Below, piece after piece: positions 25,558-57,033 of a stretch of 64,000 nt of DNA. The notes beneath the pieces are model-generated. The model saw nothing but the letters and a program-made list of their open reading frames with translations. It did not search any database and was not told the DNA's origin. The position numbers were made by a program, and so were the translations under genes. How positions within the stretch are numbered: the stretch's first letter is position 1; each line of letters begins with the position of its first letter. This DNA is from Chrysomallon squamiferum. Taxonomy: Eukaryota; Animalia; Mollusca. Where the stretch lies: assembly GCA_012295275.1 (NCBI GenBank), contig CM022678.1, forward strand, positions 1,922,001-1,986,000. Direction: 5' to 3'.

Positions 25558-28504
25558 AACCACACACACACAGACATACACACATAACCACACACACACC
25601 TACAGACATACACACACAAACACACACACATACACAGACATACACACACACACACACATACACACACAAACACACATACACAGGCATACACACACAAACA
25701 CACATACACATATACACAGACATACACACACACATACACACACACATACACATACATACATATACATACACATACACACACACAAACACCCATACATATA
25801 TATATACATACACATGTTCAAACACACACATATGCAAATGCATACAACCACACACATATACAGACACAAAAAGTGATACTTGCAATTATTATTTAAACTT
25901 TCAGACAGGAGAGTTCCAGTGGGATCAGGAAACTCAGGGATGGATTCTGGGAGCATTTTTCTATGGTTACATCGTGACTCAGATACCTGGAGGTTACCTG
26001 GCTGCCAGGTTTGGGGGGAAGCGACTGTTTGGTTTTGGGGTTCTGTCCACCTCCCTCCTCACTCTTCTCACCCCCCTAGCTGCTAGGAGTGGTCATGTTT
26101 GGGTTCTTATTCTGCTTCGAGTTCTCGAAGGACTTGGAGAGGTGACTTCATATCTATTATTTAGTTTATTATTAATTGTTATGCTGTCTATTTTATTGTG
26201 TTATCTTATAAGATGGTTTGTTTATTTTTTAAATTTAATTTATATTAATTTAAAAAAAAAAAAAATTAATTTATTACTTATATATATTATTTTTGTTATT
26301 ATTTTAGGTGGTGTTTTTTTTGTTTTTTTGTTTTATACAATTATCTTCTTTCTTTATCATTTATTTTTTATTTTATATTTATTTTTGTATTACTTTATTT
26401 TATATTTTATATTTATTTTTGTATTACTTTATTTTATATTTCACTTTACTTTATTACATTTGATTTTATTGTTTTACTTTACATTACATTATATTTTGTT
26501 ATATTAAGTTACGTTACATTACGTTACATTATATTATATTATATTATATTAAATTATGTTACATTACATTTTATTTTATTTTGTTAATTTTGTTTTGTTT
26601 CGCAGGGTGTCACTTTTCCGTCGATGCATGCGATGTGGGGAAACTGGGCTCCTGTATGGGAGCGTACAAAACTTGCAGGTTTCGCTTACGCAGGTTTGTA
26701 CAGGTTTGTACTTGTTCCTATAGGTTTTGTACAGGTTTTTATAGGTTCTGTACATGTTTATACAGGTTTTGCCTTGTTCATATAGGTTTGTATAGATTTA
26801 TACATGTTTTTGTAGCTTTATGTAGATTTACATTGGTTTCTAAAGGTTTATATCTAGGTTTATACAGGATGAAATACATGTATACAGGTTTATGTAGGTT
26901 TATTTAGGTTTCTGTAGGCTTATATGACTAGTGAAAGATACGACATTCAACGATATCAAATAAAACACTTCTTTTGTTCTCATTGCTTACAAGTTTTTAT
27001 TTTCAAAGTTTTTGACTTTACTCAGTCTACTCACATTTATACAGCATTACCCATGAAACATTTGCTTGTTCACAGAACAGTTTTATCTTTTATAATCTGT
27101 TTTAGATTTACAGATGTTGTTGTTACTGACAGAATATTTTCTCTTTCACAGAACGATTTTAAAAATTTCTGATTTCGTTATGATCAGAGAGGAATTGTTG
27201 CTGTTGTTGCCGACATTTTACGTGATTGTTCACAGAATGATTTTTAAACTGGGTTTTTCAGGGTCTCAGATAGGAACAGTTGTGTCAATGCCTCTGTCAG
27301 GTTTGTTGTGTGACTCGGACTTCCTGGGAGGTTGGCCCTCAGTGTTTTATGTTTTTGGTGAGTTACTTTGTCTTCTGAATTTTCATTTATTATTTTTGTA
27401 TTTGTTAAATTGAAAAAAAAAAAAAAAAATTTTTATCATTTGTTTTGTATCTTTAGAATGTAAGGTTTTGTAAATTGTAAAAAAGTTTTTTGATTAAAAG
27501 ATGAAAAAAGGTTAATTATAGAATAAATTTTATTTTATTTTATTTTGTTTATTTTACAAATAAATAAATAAATAAATAAATAAATATTGTATCAGAGAAA
27601 CAAACAAATAAATAAATACAAAAATGATACAAATTAATAAATAAATATATCAGTAAATATGTAATCAAATAAATAAATAAATGTAGAGGTATCATTTTTA
27701 ATTCTGTTTTAGTATTATGTTTTATACAATGTTTCAATGTATGTGTTCTGTCATGTTTTAAGTTATTTTGTAGATGTCCTGATTTATGTTTCCTTGTAGG
27801 TGCTATAGGTGTCATATATTATGTTATATTGTAGATGCTATAGGTGTCATGCTTTTTGTTATATCATAGGTACTGTAGGTGCTATGATTTATTATTTCTT
27901 GTAGGTGCTGTAGGTGCTATGATTTATTATTTCTTGTAGGTGCTGCAGGTGTGGTGTGGTTCGTATTCTGGATGTTGATAATTCACGAAACACCTTCAGA
28001 GCACCCAACAATAACAGAGAAAGAAAAGGATTTCATCGAAACATCCGTCGGGAAGAAGCAAGTAGGTGATAAGATAACATTCACTGTTAATAATCTTTAG
28101 CAGGATAATAATGTTCTGTATTACAAGTAATAATAATAATAGTGTAAATAACTGTACTAATACTGTTTAGTATTTTTATTATAATAATTAAATGATGGTG
28201 TCAGTGGTAATGATAAGAAAAACATAATAAAAAAGATAAAATGTTTTTTTTTTTTATGACAGTATTTTCGGACACCGTGGTTGAAGATGTTGAAGTGTCC
28301 TGCGCTGTGGGGCATTGCCGCTGCTCATGTCTCTGCAAACTGGCTCTTCTACATGACCTTGACCTGTTTACCCACCTACATGAAAAATATTCTCAAATTT
28401 GACATGAAATCAGTGAGTGGATAAAATGTTGATCGATTGTATCTGTGATTAAGTAAGTAAATAAAAAAATAAATTAAGAAATAAAAAAAAAAAATTAAAT
28501 AAAT

Positions 28505-28545
<41 letters not shown>

Positions 28546-29409
28546 AAATCAATCAATCAATCAAAAATAAAAAAAATAAAAAAAAATAAAATTAAAAAAA
28601 ATTAAATTAAATAATGAAAATTAACTAAAATTAAAATTAAAAAAAAAAAAAATAAAAATGAAATAAAACGAATAAAAAATGTACAAATTAACCATGATAT
28701 ACATAATTAAATTAATTAAAATCAATAAATAAATGTACATATATTCTTGATTATGAGTTGTAGTTTGTGAACTGGCTGTGGTAGTAGAATTGTTATTAAT
28801 ATTTGTATTAGTAGTGGTGGTGGTGTAGTAGTAGTTGTAGTAGAAATAGTACAATGTTGTAATAGTTTTAGTAAAACTGTAGTCATAAATTTTGGTTATT
28901 TTTTATATATATATTATTTCTTTCTTTCTTTCTTTCTTATTATTAAAACATTTTTTATTTATTTATTTATTTATTTTTTTATATTTTTTTTTTTTTTTTT
29001 TTTTTTTTCAATGGGTTTCTGTCAACGTTGCCGTACTTGGTGTTGTGGATGGTTCAGGTGGTTTCCAGCTACGTGGCTGACGTCATCAGAAGAAACAACT
29101 ACCTCTCCACTGAACACACAAGAAAGGTGATGAACACTGCAGGTGAGCTGTGTGTGTGTGTTTGTTTTATTTCTATTTATAATTTAGTCTGTTAATATTT
29201 TTGTTTATTTATTTTTTAGTTTTCATTTATTTTATTTCTGTTAATAAATTTACTTTATTTATTTATTTATTTGTTATTAATTCATTTTAATATATTTATT
29301 TTTCTATTTTTATTTATTAAATTCATTTTATTATATTTAGTTTACTGTTATTTTTTATTTTTGTGAGGGGTATTTATTTTATTTATTATTTATATTATTA
29401 TCCTTGTTG

Positions 29410-29465
<56 letters not shown>

Positions 29466-29483
29466 ATTACTATTACTATTATT

Positions 29484-29528
<45 letters not shown>

Positions 29529-31363
29529 AATTTTAGTTTATTAAATTAACACTTTCATTTTTTTTTCCAGGTCTTCTTCTCCCAGGGGTGTTTATTGTGG
29601 GTGCTGGTTACACTGGCTGTGACCACACCCTGGCTGTTGTGTTGCTCACTCTGTCTGTGGGGTGTGGTGGAATGACGATGCCTGGTTACGCAATCAACCA
29701 TCTTGACATCGCGCCAAAATTTGCAGGTTTTTTAATATTTTTAAAATTTTCATTTTAATCTCATTATATTTGGATTAAATGCTTCATTTAAGAAATTCTT
29801 TGCCTATCTGCTTGAATTGTTCCATCAAGTTTAGCTGTGAATGAGTTCACGTTCCAACCACTGTCAGTGATTATTATGATTTTTCCAGTTTATGGAAAGT
29901 CCTTATAAATTATACTTACTGCTTTCTAATGACAGTTTTATTTTACTTTCTTTTTTCTTTTTTTTTTCTTTTTTCTTTTTTTTTTTTTTTTTCTTTTTTT
30001 TTTTTTTTCTTTTTTCATATTTTATATTTAAAGGGAATGGGGTGTAAGGGGAGAGCATCCACTCAAGCCTGATTGTTTCTAATTCCAGTGTAACAGAGGT
30101 TGTAGTATGTGTACTTGTGGGAAGGTTTAAATAAATGATTTCTTACTGCTAGCTGAAAAGAGTAACACACAAAGTGTTAAAAGCAGGTTTACTCTTTCTT
30201 CGTCTCATGAGTTTTTAGTCATTTTTCTGTCTATCCTTCTTTCCTTCCATCATTCCTTCTTTCTTTCCTTTTCTCCTTTCTTCTTTTGTTCTTTCCTTTC
30301 TTTTTACTTACCTTCTTTGCTTCCTTCTTAAATACAAATTACCGTAAATTCTATTGCATCTGCTAATAATTAAAAATAAAAAAAAGTTCTGTTCATTTAC
30401 TGTTCAGCTTATTCTGAACAAAACTGTAACATTAAAAAGTATTTTTGTTATTTTTCTGTCTTTTCAGTGTTGGTTAATAATTAACTACCAGTTATTTTTC
30501 CTTGTAGCAGTGCATTTTGTTTATAAATAAATGTTTTTTTCATTTTGTTTCTTGTTTTTTGACAGGTGTTTTGTTTGGTATCACTAATGCCTTGGCAACC
30601 ATTCCTGGATTTTTGGCTCCAATAGTAGTGGGAATTCTTACTAATAATAATGTAATTATTTTTATTTACTGCTTGTGTGATGTTGTTACTACTACTACTA
30701 CTACTACAACTTGTACTACTTGTACTGCTATCACTGCAACTATTATTATAATACATCATCATCATCATCATCTTCATCATTATTATTACTACTACTACTT
30801 CTACTATTACCACTATTGCTTTTGCTACTAATACTGCTACTACTAATAACTAATACTATTATTATTATTATCATCATTATTATTATTATTACTATTACTA
30901 CTACTACTACTACTATAACTGCTATTACTATTACTATTATTATTATTAATGTTTTCGTTATTATTTCTATTATTATTAATGTCTTTACTATTATTATTAT
31001 TATTATTATTATTATTACTCCTACGATTATAATTACTATTATTATTTTTATTTATGATGATTATTGTTATTTTTATTGTTGTTGTTGTTGTTGTTGTTTT
31101 TGTTGTTGTTTTTGTTGTTGTAGTTGATGTAGTAGTAGTAGTAGTTGTTGTAGGAGTTGTTGTTGTTGTTGTTGCAGGAAACCAGTTCCCAGTGGAGGAT
31201 AATATTTGACATGTCAGGTGGGTTCATGTTGGTTGGTTCCTTTCTCTTTGTTCTTCTGGCTCGTGGTACAGAAATGTCGTGGGCGAGACTTGAACCCAGA
31301 ACTGGAAGTTGGACTCAGGTGATCCCAGAACCAGACGACAGCATTCAGAAAACACGTTCCTGA
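24840..31363 (+). CDS. SLC17A5: SLC17 family (sialin-like) MFS anion transporter 1, about 507 aa, 11 exons; one-to-one orthology unproven
   Basis: Exons 24840-24918, 25269-25459, 25905-26141, 26606-26693, 27262-27357, 27940-28061, 28263-28412, 29010-29142, 29571-29726, 30566-30651, 31178-31363; total 1524 nt, in frame. SLC17 motifs: [74 protein letters not shown]. The exon 8 acceptor lacks AG in this sequence. Confidence 0.93.
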
Positions 31364-32524
31364 TCCAGAGAGTTCTCAGTCCATGAAACCAGCAAAACGT
31401 TCAGCAGATTCTCAGCAGATTCTCAGCAGATTCTCAGCACATTCTTCATCCGTGATGTCAACAGCAAATTATTGCTGTCAAAAAATGTTGACATAAAAAT
31501 GAACAGATGTTTTTTGACTTATGCAGTCAGCAGGTTTTTAATTGATCTATTTATTTATTTATTTATTTACTTACCTACTTACTTATTTAGTTATTTGTTT
31601 ATTTATTTGTTTGTTTATTTATTTATTTGTTTATTTGTTTGTTTGTTTATTTATTTATTTGTTTGTTTATTTATTTGTTTATTTATTTGTTTATTTATTC
31701 AAAGTCATTCAGTTAATTTATGATCAAGTTTAGTATGAGGAAATTTTACATGAATTGAGAATTAGTTTATAATTTGTTAAAAATCATAATAAAAAAAAAT
31801 AGTAATAGTTTATAACACATTAACATATTTTCAGTTAGTTTCATGATTATAGTTTGCCCAGTAACATTTTTATTTTATTAAGAGAACAATTTATATAAAT
31901 ATTTTCACAGCTGAAATGAAACACAAAGTGTTTAACTAATTATGTATCCTAATTTCTATAAACAGCACAACTTCTTTTATTATTTTTATATTTACATCAA
32001 ATACTCTAACAAAGTTTTATTATTTTTTATTTAAAACTGTAAATCCTGTGATATATTTGTTACTAAACACCTGTAATTTTGAAAAAAATGTAAATCCTAT
32101 AGATGTACAATCAGAATAAAATACCTTTGTCTTTCAGTTAAAAAAATTAATACTTAATATCCATATATATATATCAGTGCAATAAGTATATATAACAATC
32201 AAAATAGTATACCTTTGTCTTTCAGTTAAAAAAATTAATACTTAATATCCATATATATATGCAATAAGTATATATAACAATCAAAATAATGTACCTTTGT
32301 CTTTCAAAAAATTAAAAATTTTAAAAATAACACACACAGAGACATGTACAAACATACAGACAGTATTACAAACACACACACAGTATTACAAACACATACA
32401 CAAAATAAAACATCTTTGGAAACCAATGCACATAGGAATGTTTTTATATATTATTTTTGAATATATATTGTTGTTATTATCATTATCATTATTATTATTA
32501 CCATCATTATCATTATTATTACTA

Positions 32525-32634
<110 letters not shown>

Positions 32635-32709
32635 AAGTTTAACATTCCACTCAGAATAAACAGGTTGTTTGTCTATATATATATATATATATATATATAG
32701 ACAAACAAC

Positions 32710-32750
<41 letters not shown>

Positions 32751-33028
32751 TATTTTTACACATAATTTTCCAGTTTTTCAAGGGTCCCGACCCTATAAAC
32801 AATTACAGGGTTTATTTTTGAAACATGCTCAGTTTTTCACCAGACCCTAGTAAAAAATTTGCCAGTTTTTCAAGGGTCCAGACCCTAGTGAAACATATGC
32901 TCGATTTTCTGACAAATTTTGTAATAAATTATTTTTGCCAGTAAAATGAATTTGAAGAGTTATTTCCCTTCTTCTAACTTGGGTTATATTCTCTATTGTA
33001 TTACCATTTATATAATATAACGTGAACA

Positions 33029-33068
<40 letters not shown>

Positions 33069-33090
33069 ATTATCATTATTATTATTATTA

Positions 33091-33124
<34 letters not shown>

Positions 33125-33151
33125 CATTATTATTTATTATTATTATCATCA

Positions 33152-33194
<43 letters not shown>

Positions 33195-33830
33195 CATTAT
33201 TATTATTATTATTATTAAAGTTATAATCGTCTTTATTATCATCATCATCATCTCGTTAACGTTTGTTATTTTTATTACTTTATTTCTTTCCCTCGTACAA
33301 ACAAAACAGAACAGTTTCTAAAATACTGGATCCGCTCCTGATTTGTTAACAGACTGAGTCTGACGTATTTTGAATTCTACAAAACGTATTAACAAGCTGT
33401 TTACTCATTCCTTATACCGCAGACCGCATCCGTATTATCTCGTCTAATGTTGACAGTACCTGATTACGTATCCCGCTTACCGCGTGCGTGTCTGCGGAAA
33501 CTGGCTTTGTGTTGTTTAGGGTACGGAAAGGCTGCGGGCGTATTTCTGTTTTCACTTTTCCACTCCTGTTCAGTTATAACGGAAATGTAATTGACGATAA
33601 CTTGAGATCTCAGAATATTTCCGCTTCCAAACTGCGTAGAGAAAAAAAACCTAATTTCTTTACGAGCTATTTATAGACGAAAAGATTTAAAACGTAATAG
33701 TAGTTTGTTTTAGAGTGATAGTTTTTTATTTATTTAAATTTTATATAAGAATTGTTTATATATATTTATGTATATCTATCTATCCATCTTTCTGTCTATC
33801 CTATATCTATCTATACTATATATACCTATC

Positions 33831-33893
<63 letters not shown>

Positions 33894-34412
33894 TATTATG
33901 TTACTCGGTTTGATGAAATACAATATAAAATAATATAATATATTTAATATATTGCAATAAAGTACAGTACATTGTTAAAACGTAATGTTACTTAATACAA
34001 TGTAATTTAATATGATACTCAATATAATCGGTAATATGATACACTATAATACGTGATATGTAATACAAAGAAACATCTCTCTCTCTCTCACACACACGCA
34101 CACGCATTCACCTACCTACCTTCAGAAGAGTATAAATACATTACACACACACACACACACACACACGCGCGCGTAGAGAAAATAAATCATAACTCAGGAC
34201 ACAACTTTGATACATCTGCTTCAACCAAATCAAAGCGAGCAGCAGATAAAACTTTGATTAAAAACAAAAGTCGATGCAGCAGAAACGCGACTACCTCCAC
34301 ACCTGTTACAAGATCACTACGTCACACACACGCACACGCACAGCGTGACTGCAGGCGAGGTGTGTAGAGGTGAGAGATCGCGACTGAGGTTTCTGGGATA
34401 CGAGAGAGTGAG

Positions 34413-50445
<16,033 letters not shown>

Positions 50446-51204
50446 GAGTGCCCGCAATCCGCAGTATGCAGGTGACCCGATAAAAGAGTTCGCGTGACGT
50501 CTGAGAACGTGACTACGTCATTGTTTGACAAAAACGTTGCGAGAAAGTGTGGTGAAAATGTGATGTCGTTGAAATATATATATTTTTTTTTTTTTTTTTT
50601 TTGTAGAATGGCTTGAGAGAAAGATAAGTTCGTGGAATCTGATATATTCTCAATTTATTATCAGACCCGTTCCGATAACACTGTTTTATGTGATCACGTG
50701 ATTAACTCATATTATTTTTGTAAGGAAAAAAAACAAAAAACACATTATTTATAATATGTTTTATAATGTAAAATGATATTGCTACATTTTCAGACACATT
50801 CCTAGAAAATTACAATTTTAATAAAAGTTTCATATTAATTGAAACATTTTCCTAGAAAAATAGAGCTTCTGAGAAAATGTATGTTACGATGATACGATAT
50901 GTTACAATGTAAAATATTCTAAGAATCTGATGTGTTGGCACTGTCTGATCAGAAAACGTGATATGAGAGAATGAACTGATATTATGAATAGTGCAGAAAG
51001 TACTCTGATAAAACGATAGATAGGTAATTATATCATATCAAAAATGTTGGTCATGTCAGAGGGGGAATAACTCGCGATGACCTCTGTATTAAGTAACATT
51101 ACATCTTAGCGTAAAATCGTGAAATGTTTTCAAGTTAAAAAAAAATATTTAAAAAAAAGTGTCAGTTCCACAGAAAATAAGGTAACAATTGTACTGACAT
51201 TTTT

Positions 51205-51242
<38 letters not shown>

Positions 51243-52281
51243 TTTTTTTTTTTTTAAGATTACTTCATTTTGAATGTTAAAAACCACAATTTTCTATTTT
51301 TTATTTTATTTACAGATTCAAAGTAATAATGAATTTCTTCTTATCATTATCAACATCATTCATCCTCATCATAATCGTCATCATCATCAAAACAACAACA
51401 ACAATAACAATAATAATAGTAATAATAATAATAACAACAACAACAACAATAATAATAATAGTACATACTCGTGTAGATACACAGAAACTTAAGATACATA
51501 AAAATACTTTTTATCAGTTTATATATGTACATAATATAAAAACATATTAGTGGCTACATACACACACACGCACACACACACACGCAAATGTACGTACGTA
51601 CATACTGACATACCTACATACATGCACGTTTTTCTTTTCTTACTTTTAAATTTATGTAAAAACATTTTAACAACAAGTTTAACAATTGATACATCGAAAA
51701 TATTAAGAGAAAAATGTCCCCAACATGACTGTGGTTTGTATATTAAAATAAATTATTTATATTTTTATTGTTTTTAAATTAATCACAGGTGTTTACTCTT
51801 GTATATTTAATTATTTACATGCTGCCAAAGAATGATATTTGTAATAAACTTTACAAACGTCACTGGTCTTATTGTTTATGTTTTTGTTTATTTTGTGTAT
51901 CATCTAGGTAACCATCGCTTCTAGAAAAGTTAGACCAGTCACAGAAAAGTATTTAAGTATTTATTTATTTATTTATTTATTTATTTATTTGTATGTTTGT
52001 TTGTATGTTTGTTTACTTGTTTACTTGTTTGTTTGTTTGTTTGTTTGTTTGTTTCTTGTTAGTATTTCGTTATCTTTAATCCACCTAAAGAGCGCGTGAG
52101 ACAGTTAATTAGTTCTGAGATAGTTATGTAATACTTCTGATGAATTACGATGTTACTGTTCTCACATCTGTATTTTCTGAAAAAGTTATTAGTTCTTAGA
52201 AAATACCGGGACGAGGTTGGGGGGGGAGTTATATATTTTCATTAACAACAGCCAAAAAATAATAATGAAAACAAAAAATCG

Positions 52282-52369
52282 TGCCCCAAGTGAGGATCGA
52301 ACTCACGACCTTCAGATATCTCTGTTTGTGATTATGAGACTGACGCGCTACCTACTGCGCTATCGAGGC
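52282..52369 (-). tRNA. tRNA-Met-CAT: Elongator tRNA-Met(CAT) with 15-nt intron (C67T variant, G6:U67 wobble)
   Basis: As 45110-45197 with one acceptor-stem substitution; T6 terminator. Confidence 0.93.
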
Positions 52370-52810
52370 TACGATTAAACGTAACTTAATTAACATAGCA
52401 GTTAAAACCAGAATTAATGTTAAATATGTGTAATAACACAGGCAATTAAATTGTTTATGTGATATTTTAAAAGATAATTGGCGTTATTTTTAGAAAAAAA
52501 AATTATCGATTTCTGGTGATGGAATTCAGTTGCGATGGTGTAAATTATTTTCGTTTTTTATTATTATTATTATTATTTATTTATTTTTGCAATTGTTACT
52601 GTTTTTGTAAATAAATAATAATCGTATAGTATGGAGAGAAAATCAAATAAAAGACTATTTGAAATTTATATAAGCAGATTAATAATAATGATTCTAATTA
52701 TAACAACAGCTACAACAACGTCAACAGAAATAATAATGTAGTATTAATTACAAATAAATAAATATCAAATAAACATCAACAACTACTAAAAGAATAATAA
52801 TAAAAATAAA

Positions 52811-52904
52811 TGCCCCGAGTGAGGATCGAACTCACGACCTTCAGATATCTCTGTTTTACTTTGTGATTATGAGACTGACGCGCTACCTACTGCGCTATCG
52901 AGGC
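52811..52904 (-). tRNA. tRNA-Met-CAT: Elongator tRNA-Met(CAT) with 21-nt intron
   Basis: Identical to 45602-45695. Confidence 0.95.
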
Positions 52905-53221
52905 TACGACTAAACATTAATCAGTTAACACAGCAATTAAAAGTCAGAATATTTACACTAATAATTACTTAATTAAACATATTTATATCTATCTATCTAT
53001 GAATCTATCTACTTATCTGTCTAACTATCTGTCTGTCTGTCTATCATATCCACACGCCCACACGCACACACACAAATGTTACTGTGCGTTTTTCGGTGTT
53101 AATATTTATCCATTTTAATAAAATTTTAAAATTAACTTTAGCAAAATTAAGATAATGTGCCTAGGCTATATCTGAAAATATTTGCCTTAATGAATTAATA
53201 AATGTATGATTAAAAATAATA

Positions 53222-53269
<48 letters not shown>

Positions 53270-53479
53270 GTAATAATAGTAGTAGTTGTAGTAGTACTAG
53301 TTGTAGTAATAGTGTTCTTATTGTAGTTGTTGTTATTGTTATTCTTCTTTTTCTTCATTTTCTGCTTTTTTATTACTATTGTTGTTGTTGTTGTTGTTGT
53401 TGTTGTTTTATTAGACAGACAAACAACAGAGCTCAAATTTGTTCTACTAGTTTATTTGTAAACTGTTCTCCAACACAAT

Positions 53480-53527
53480 TTATTTGAATATGTTGCTGTA
53501 ATTTTCATCTGCTGAAAAAAAAGAAGA

Positions 53528-53560
<33 letters not shown>

Positions 53561-53731
53561 GTGTCTATGTGTGTGTGTGTGTGTGTTGTGTGTATATTAT
53601 GAAAATATATGCAGATTTATCTAAATAACGTTATTCTTAGACATACATATAGACAGATGGACAAACGCATGCATGGAGATCTTCAATAATAATAATAATA
53701 ACTATAATAAAAATAATAATAACAATAAAAA

Positions 53732-53788
<57 letters not shown>

Positions 53789-53806
53789 TAAAAATAATAA
53801 TAATAA

Positions 53807-53837
<31 letters not shown>

Positions 53838-53870
53838 AATAACAACAATAATAATAATAATAATAATAAC

Positions 53871-53901
<31 letters not shown>

Positions 53902-54093
53902 GTAATAATAATAATAATAATAATAACAATAAAAATAATAGTAATAAATCTTACCGTGTCTACGTTCTAATGCTAAAGATTTCTCTTCTCCTGTATCTGA
54001 CACTGAAAAGAACAGGTTTTAAGAAACTGCAGAAAAACACAGAAAAACGTTTTAAAAAAAGGTGAAAAAATAAGAACAAGAAAGAAAAAGAAA

Positions 54094-54187
<94 letters not shown>

Positions 54188-54503
54188 GTTCTTTGTCGTT
54201 GTCTTTCTGTGTTTGAGTATATGTCTGTGTGTATATGTGTACGTGTATGCATGTGTGTATGTGTATGTGTGTCTATGTGTATGTGTATGTATATGTGTAT
54301 GTGTGGGTGTATATGTGTGTATATATGTATATGTATATGTATTTAGCTGTACGTGTGACTATACCTATTTGGAAACGTTGTGACTGTAGTTGTGGAGACG
54401 ATACTGACTTCATGAATCTTCGCCAGTGATGTCTGCCACACTCAGTCGGCACAGTGACCAACAAACAGACCAACAACATCATCATACACAACGTCAGCCT
54501 CAT
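53480..54503 (-). CDS. Small secreted peptide precursor A (72 aa), function unknown
   Basis: Exons 54503-54365, 54002-53955 and 53511-53480; both introns phase 1 GT-AG; 219 nt. Protein: MRLTLCMMMLLVCLLVTVPTEC-GRHHWRRFMKSVSSPQLQSQRFQIVSDTGEEKSLALERRHADENYSNIFK*. Probable non-coding first exon about 54905-54873 (AAG|gtattt) with GATAAAA about 35 nt upstream. Confidence 0.7.
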
Positions 54504-54714
54504 CTGAACACAAATAAAGTAAATAAATAAGTTATATGGAATTATCAAAAACAAACAAACAACAAGAACAATAATAATGATGTTGATGATGTCTGTGAAT
54601 AAAATAAAATAGTATTTATTCAGAAAAGAGAACAAAATTCTTACCTTCGTTTTAATAGTATTTGTAGAAACAACAGCAGCAAAAAAAAAAGAGTAAAATA
54701 ACAGTAATAATAAC

Positions 54715-54761
<47 letters not shown>

Positions 54762-55630
54762 CAACAACAACAATAATAATAATAATAATAATAATAACAA
54801 TAATAATAATAATAATAACGATGATGATGATGATGATGATATCTAGAATATACAGTGAGTGAAAACAAATACCTTTCTTGTTCTGTTATCTGGCTTGTTA
54901 GTGAACACGTGTGACAGCTGCTGCGAGGTCACGTGACGTTTTATCTCTGGCACGCGGATCTGACACCGTCTGCTTCTCACACCTCGATTCAAAGACCTCC
55001 TAATTTGTTTGTTTGTTTTGTTTGTTTTGTTTTTATGCTTATTTGTTTCTCTGTTTTGTTTTATTTTATTTTTATTTTTATCTTTATTTGTTTTGCTTTG
55101 CTTTGTTTTATTTTATTTTATTTTATTTGTTTGTTTGTTTTATTTATTTGTTTAGTTTATTTATTTGTTTGTTTAGTTTATTTATTTGTTTGTTTGTTTG
55201 TTTTATTTATTTGTTTGTTTGTTTGTTTAGTTTATTTGTTTGTTTGTTTTGTTTGTTTGTTTTTTTGTTTATTTATGGACTCTATATATCTAGAGAGAAT
55301 AATAATTTGTTCTGAGAAAATGTATTGAATTATTTTGATAAATTTTGTTTTTATTATTAATATGACTATAAATTAATACGTTTCTGTAAAGTCATATACG
55401 ATGGTCATATAAACACATTAACAACAACTACTACCACTATAGAGATATATAAATCGTGATGTCATCAGTTCATGATTAAAACTTCAGTAACACGATGTTA
55501 TAACTTCACCCATTTCAAATAAATAAATAAATGATTAAAATTTTAAAATAATTTAAAAAAAATACATAAACAAATTTAAAAATAATAATAATAATAATAA
55601 TAAATAAAAAAAATAAAAATAAAATATTGA

Positions 55631-55724
55631 TGCCCCGAGTGAGGATCGAACTCACGACCTTCAGATATCTCTGTTTTACTTTGTGATTATGAGACTGACG
55701 CGCTACCTACTGCGCTATCGAGGC
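55631..55724 (-). tRNA. tRNA-Met-CAT: Elongator tRNA-Met(CAT) with 21-nt intron, between the two peptide genes
   Basis: Identical to 52811-52904; TTTT downstream. Confidence 0.95.
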
Positions 55725-55995
55725 TACACAAGTCAAACGTTCGGTTGACATAGTAACCAAAAATAAGAGTACAGTGAAATATCTGATTAATTTAAAGACT
55801 GGAAGAACATAAAACAATTTGGAAAACACAAGTATTATTAAAAACCAGAAAACGTTTCGAAAACGAGATCGTCAAAGGATGTGCATAGTTACGAGTACAT
55901 GTACTATAAATAAGTGAAAACACAACAAAACAAAACAAAAACGTGTTCAGAAACTAAATTCTTTATTTCTTGTTGTAACTGTTCATTGCAGACAT

Positions 55996-57002
55996 CTAGA
56001 GCGCCTCTTCAGCAACTACAAAATAAAGTTTAATAATTTTATATATACACACGTACACACACACACACATACACACGTACACACACACATACATACACAC
56101 ACACATATACACACACACACATACACACACACACACGTACACACACACATACACACGTACATACACACACATACACACGTTCACACACACACACGTACAC
56201 ACACACACACACACACATACACACATATATATTTACATAGGTACAAACACACATACATACATACACATACATACACACACACACGTACCTGCACACACAC
56301 ATATATACATACATACATACATACACATAACACATATATAGACATACTTACATACACACACACACACACACTACTACATACATACACACGCACACCTATA
56401 TAGACATACATATATACACACACACATATATATTTACATACGTACACACATACATACATACACACACATCTATCTACATACATTGTCTACTAGCTTTACA
56501 ATACTTTGCTGCAACTGCTGTTACTACGACCTCTATTGCTACTACTACAGCTCCTATAATTACTACACTCACTACCGCTACTACTATTATTACATTTACT
56601 ACTACTATAACCACTGCTGCTACTACTACTACTGTTGCTGATGCTACTACTACTACTACTGCTACTGCTACTACTACTACTACTATTACTGCTTCTATTA
56701 CTATTACTACTATTACTATTAATACTACTATTACTACTACTACTGCTGATGCTACTACTATTACTACTACTACTACTAATATTACTACTACTACTACTAC
56801 TATTACTACTACTACTACTACTATTACAACTACTACTATTACTACTACTACTACTACTACGACTATGACTATTATTATTTTTGCTGCCGTGGTAACTACT
56901 ATTATCTAATTCAGAATGTGACACAAACACAAACAGATACGCGCGCGCTCTCAGAAACACACACATGTACACACACGTACGCACACACACACACACACAA
57001 AA

Positions 57003-57033
<31 letters not shown>

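Noticed and set aside
53480-53965. RRHADENYS resembling the RR-HAD start of glucagon/PACAP-family peptides
   Set aside because: Only 11 residues follow, F6/T7 are missing, and the motif is split by an intron; most likely coincidence.
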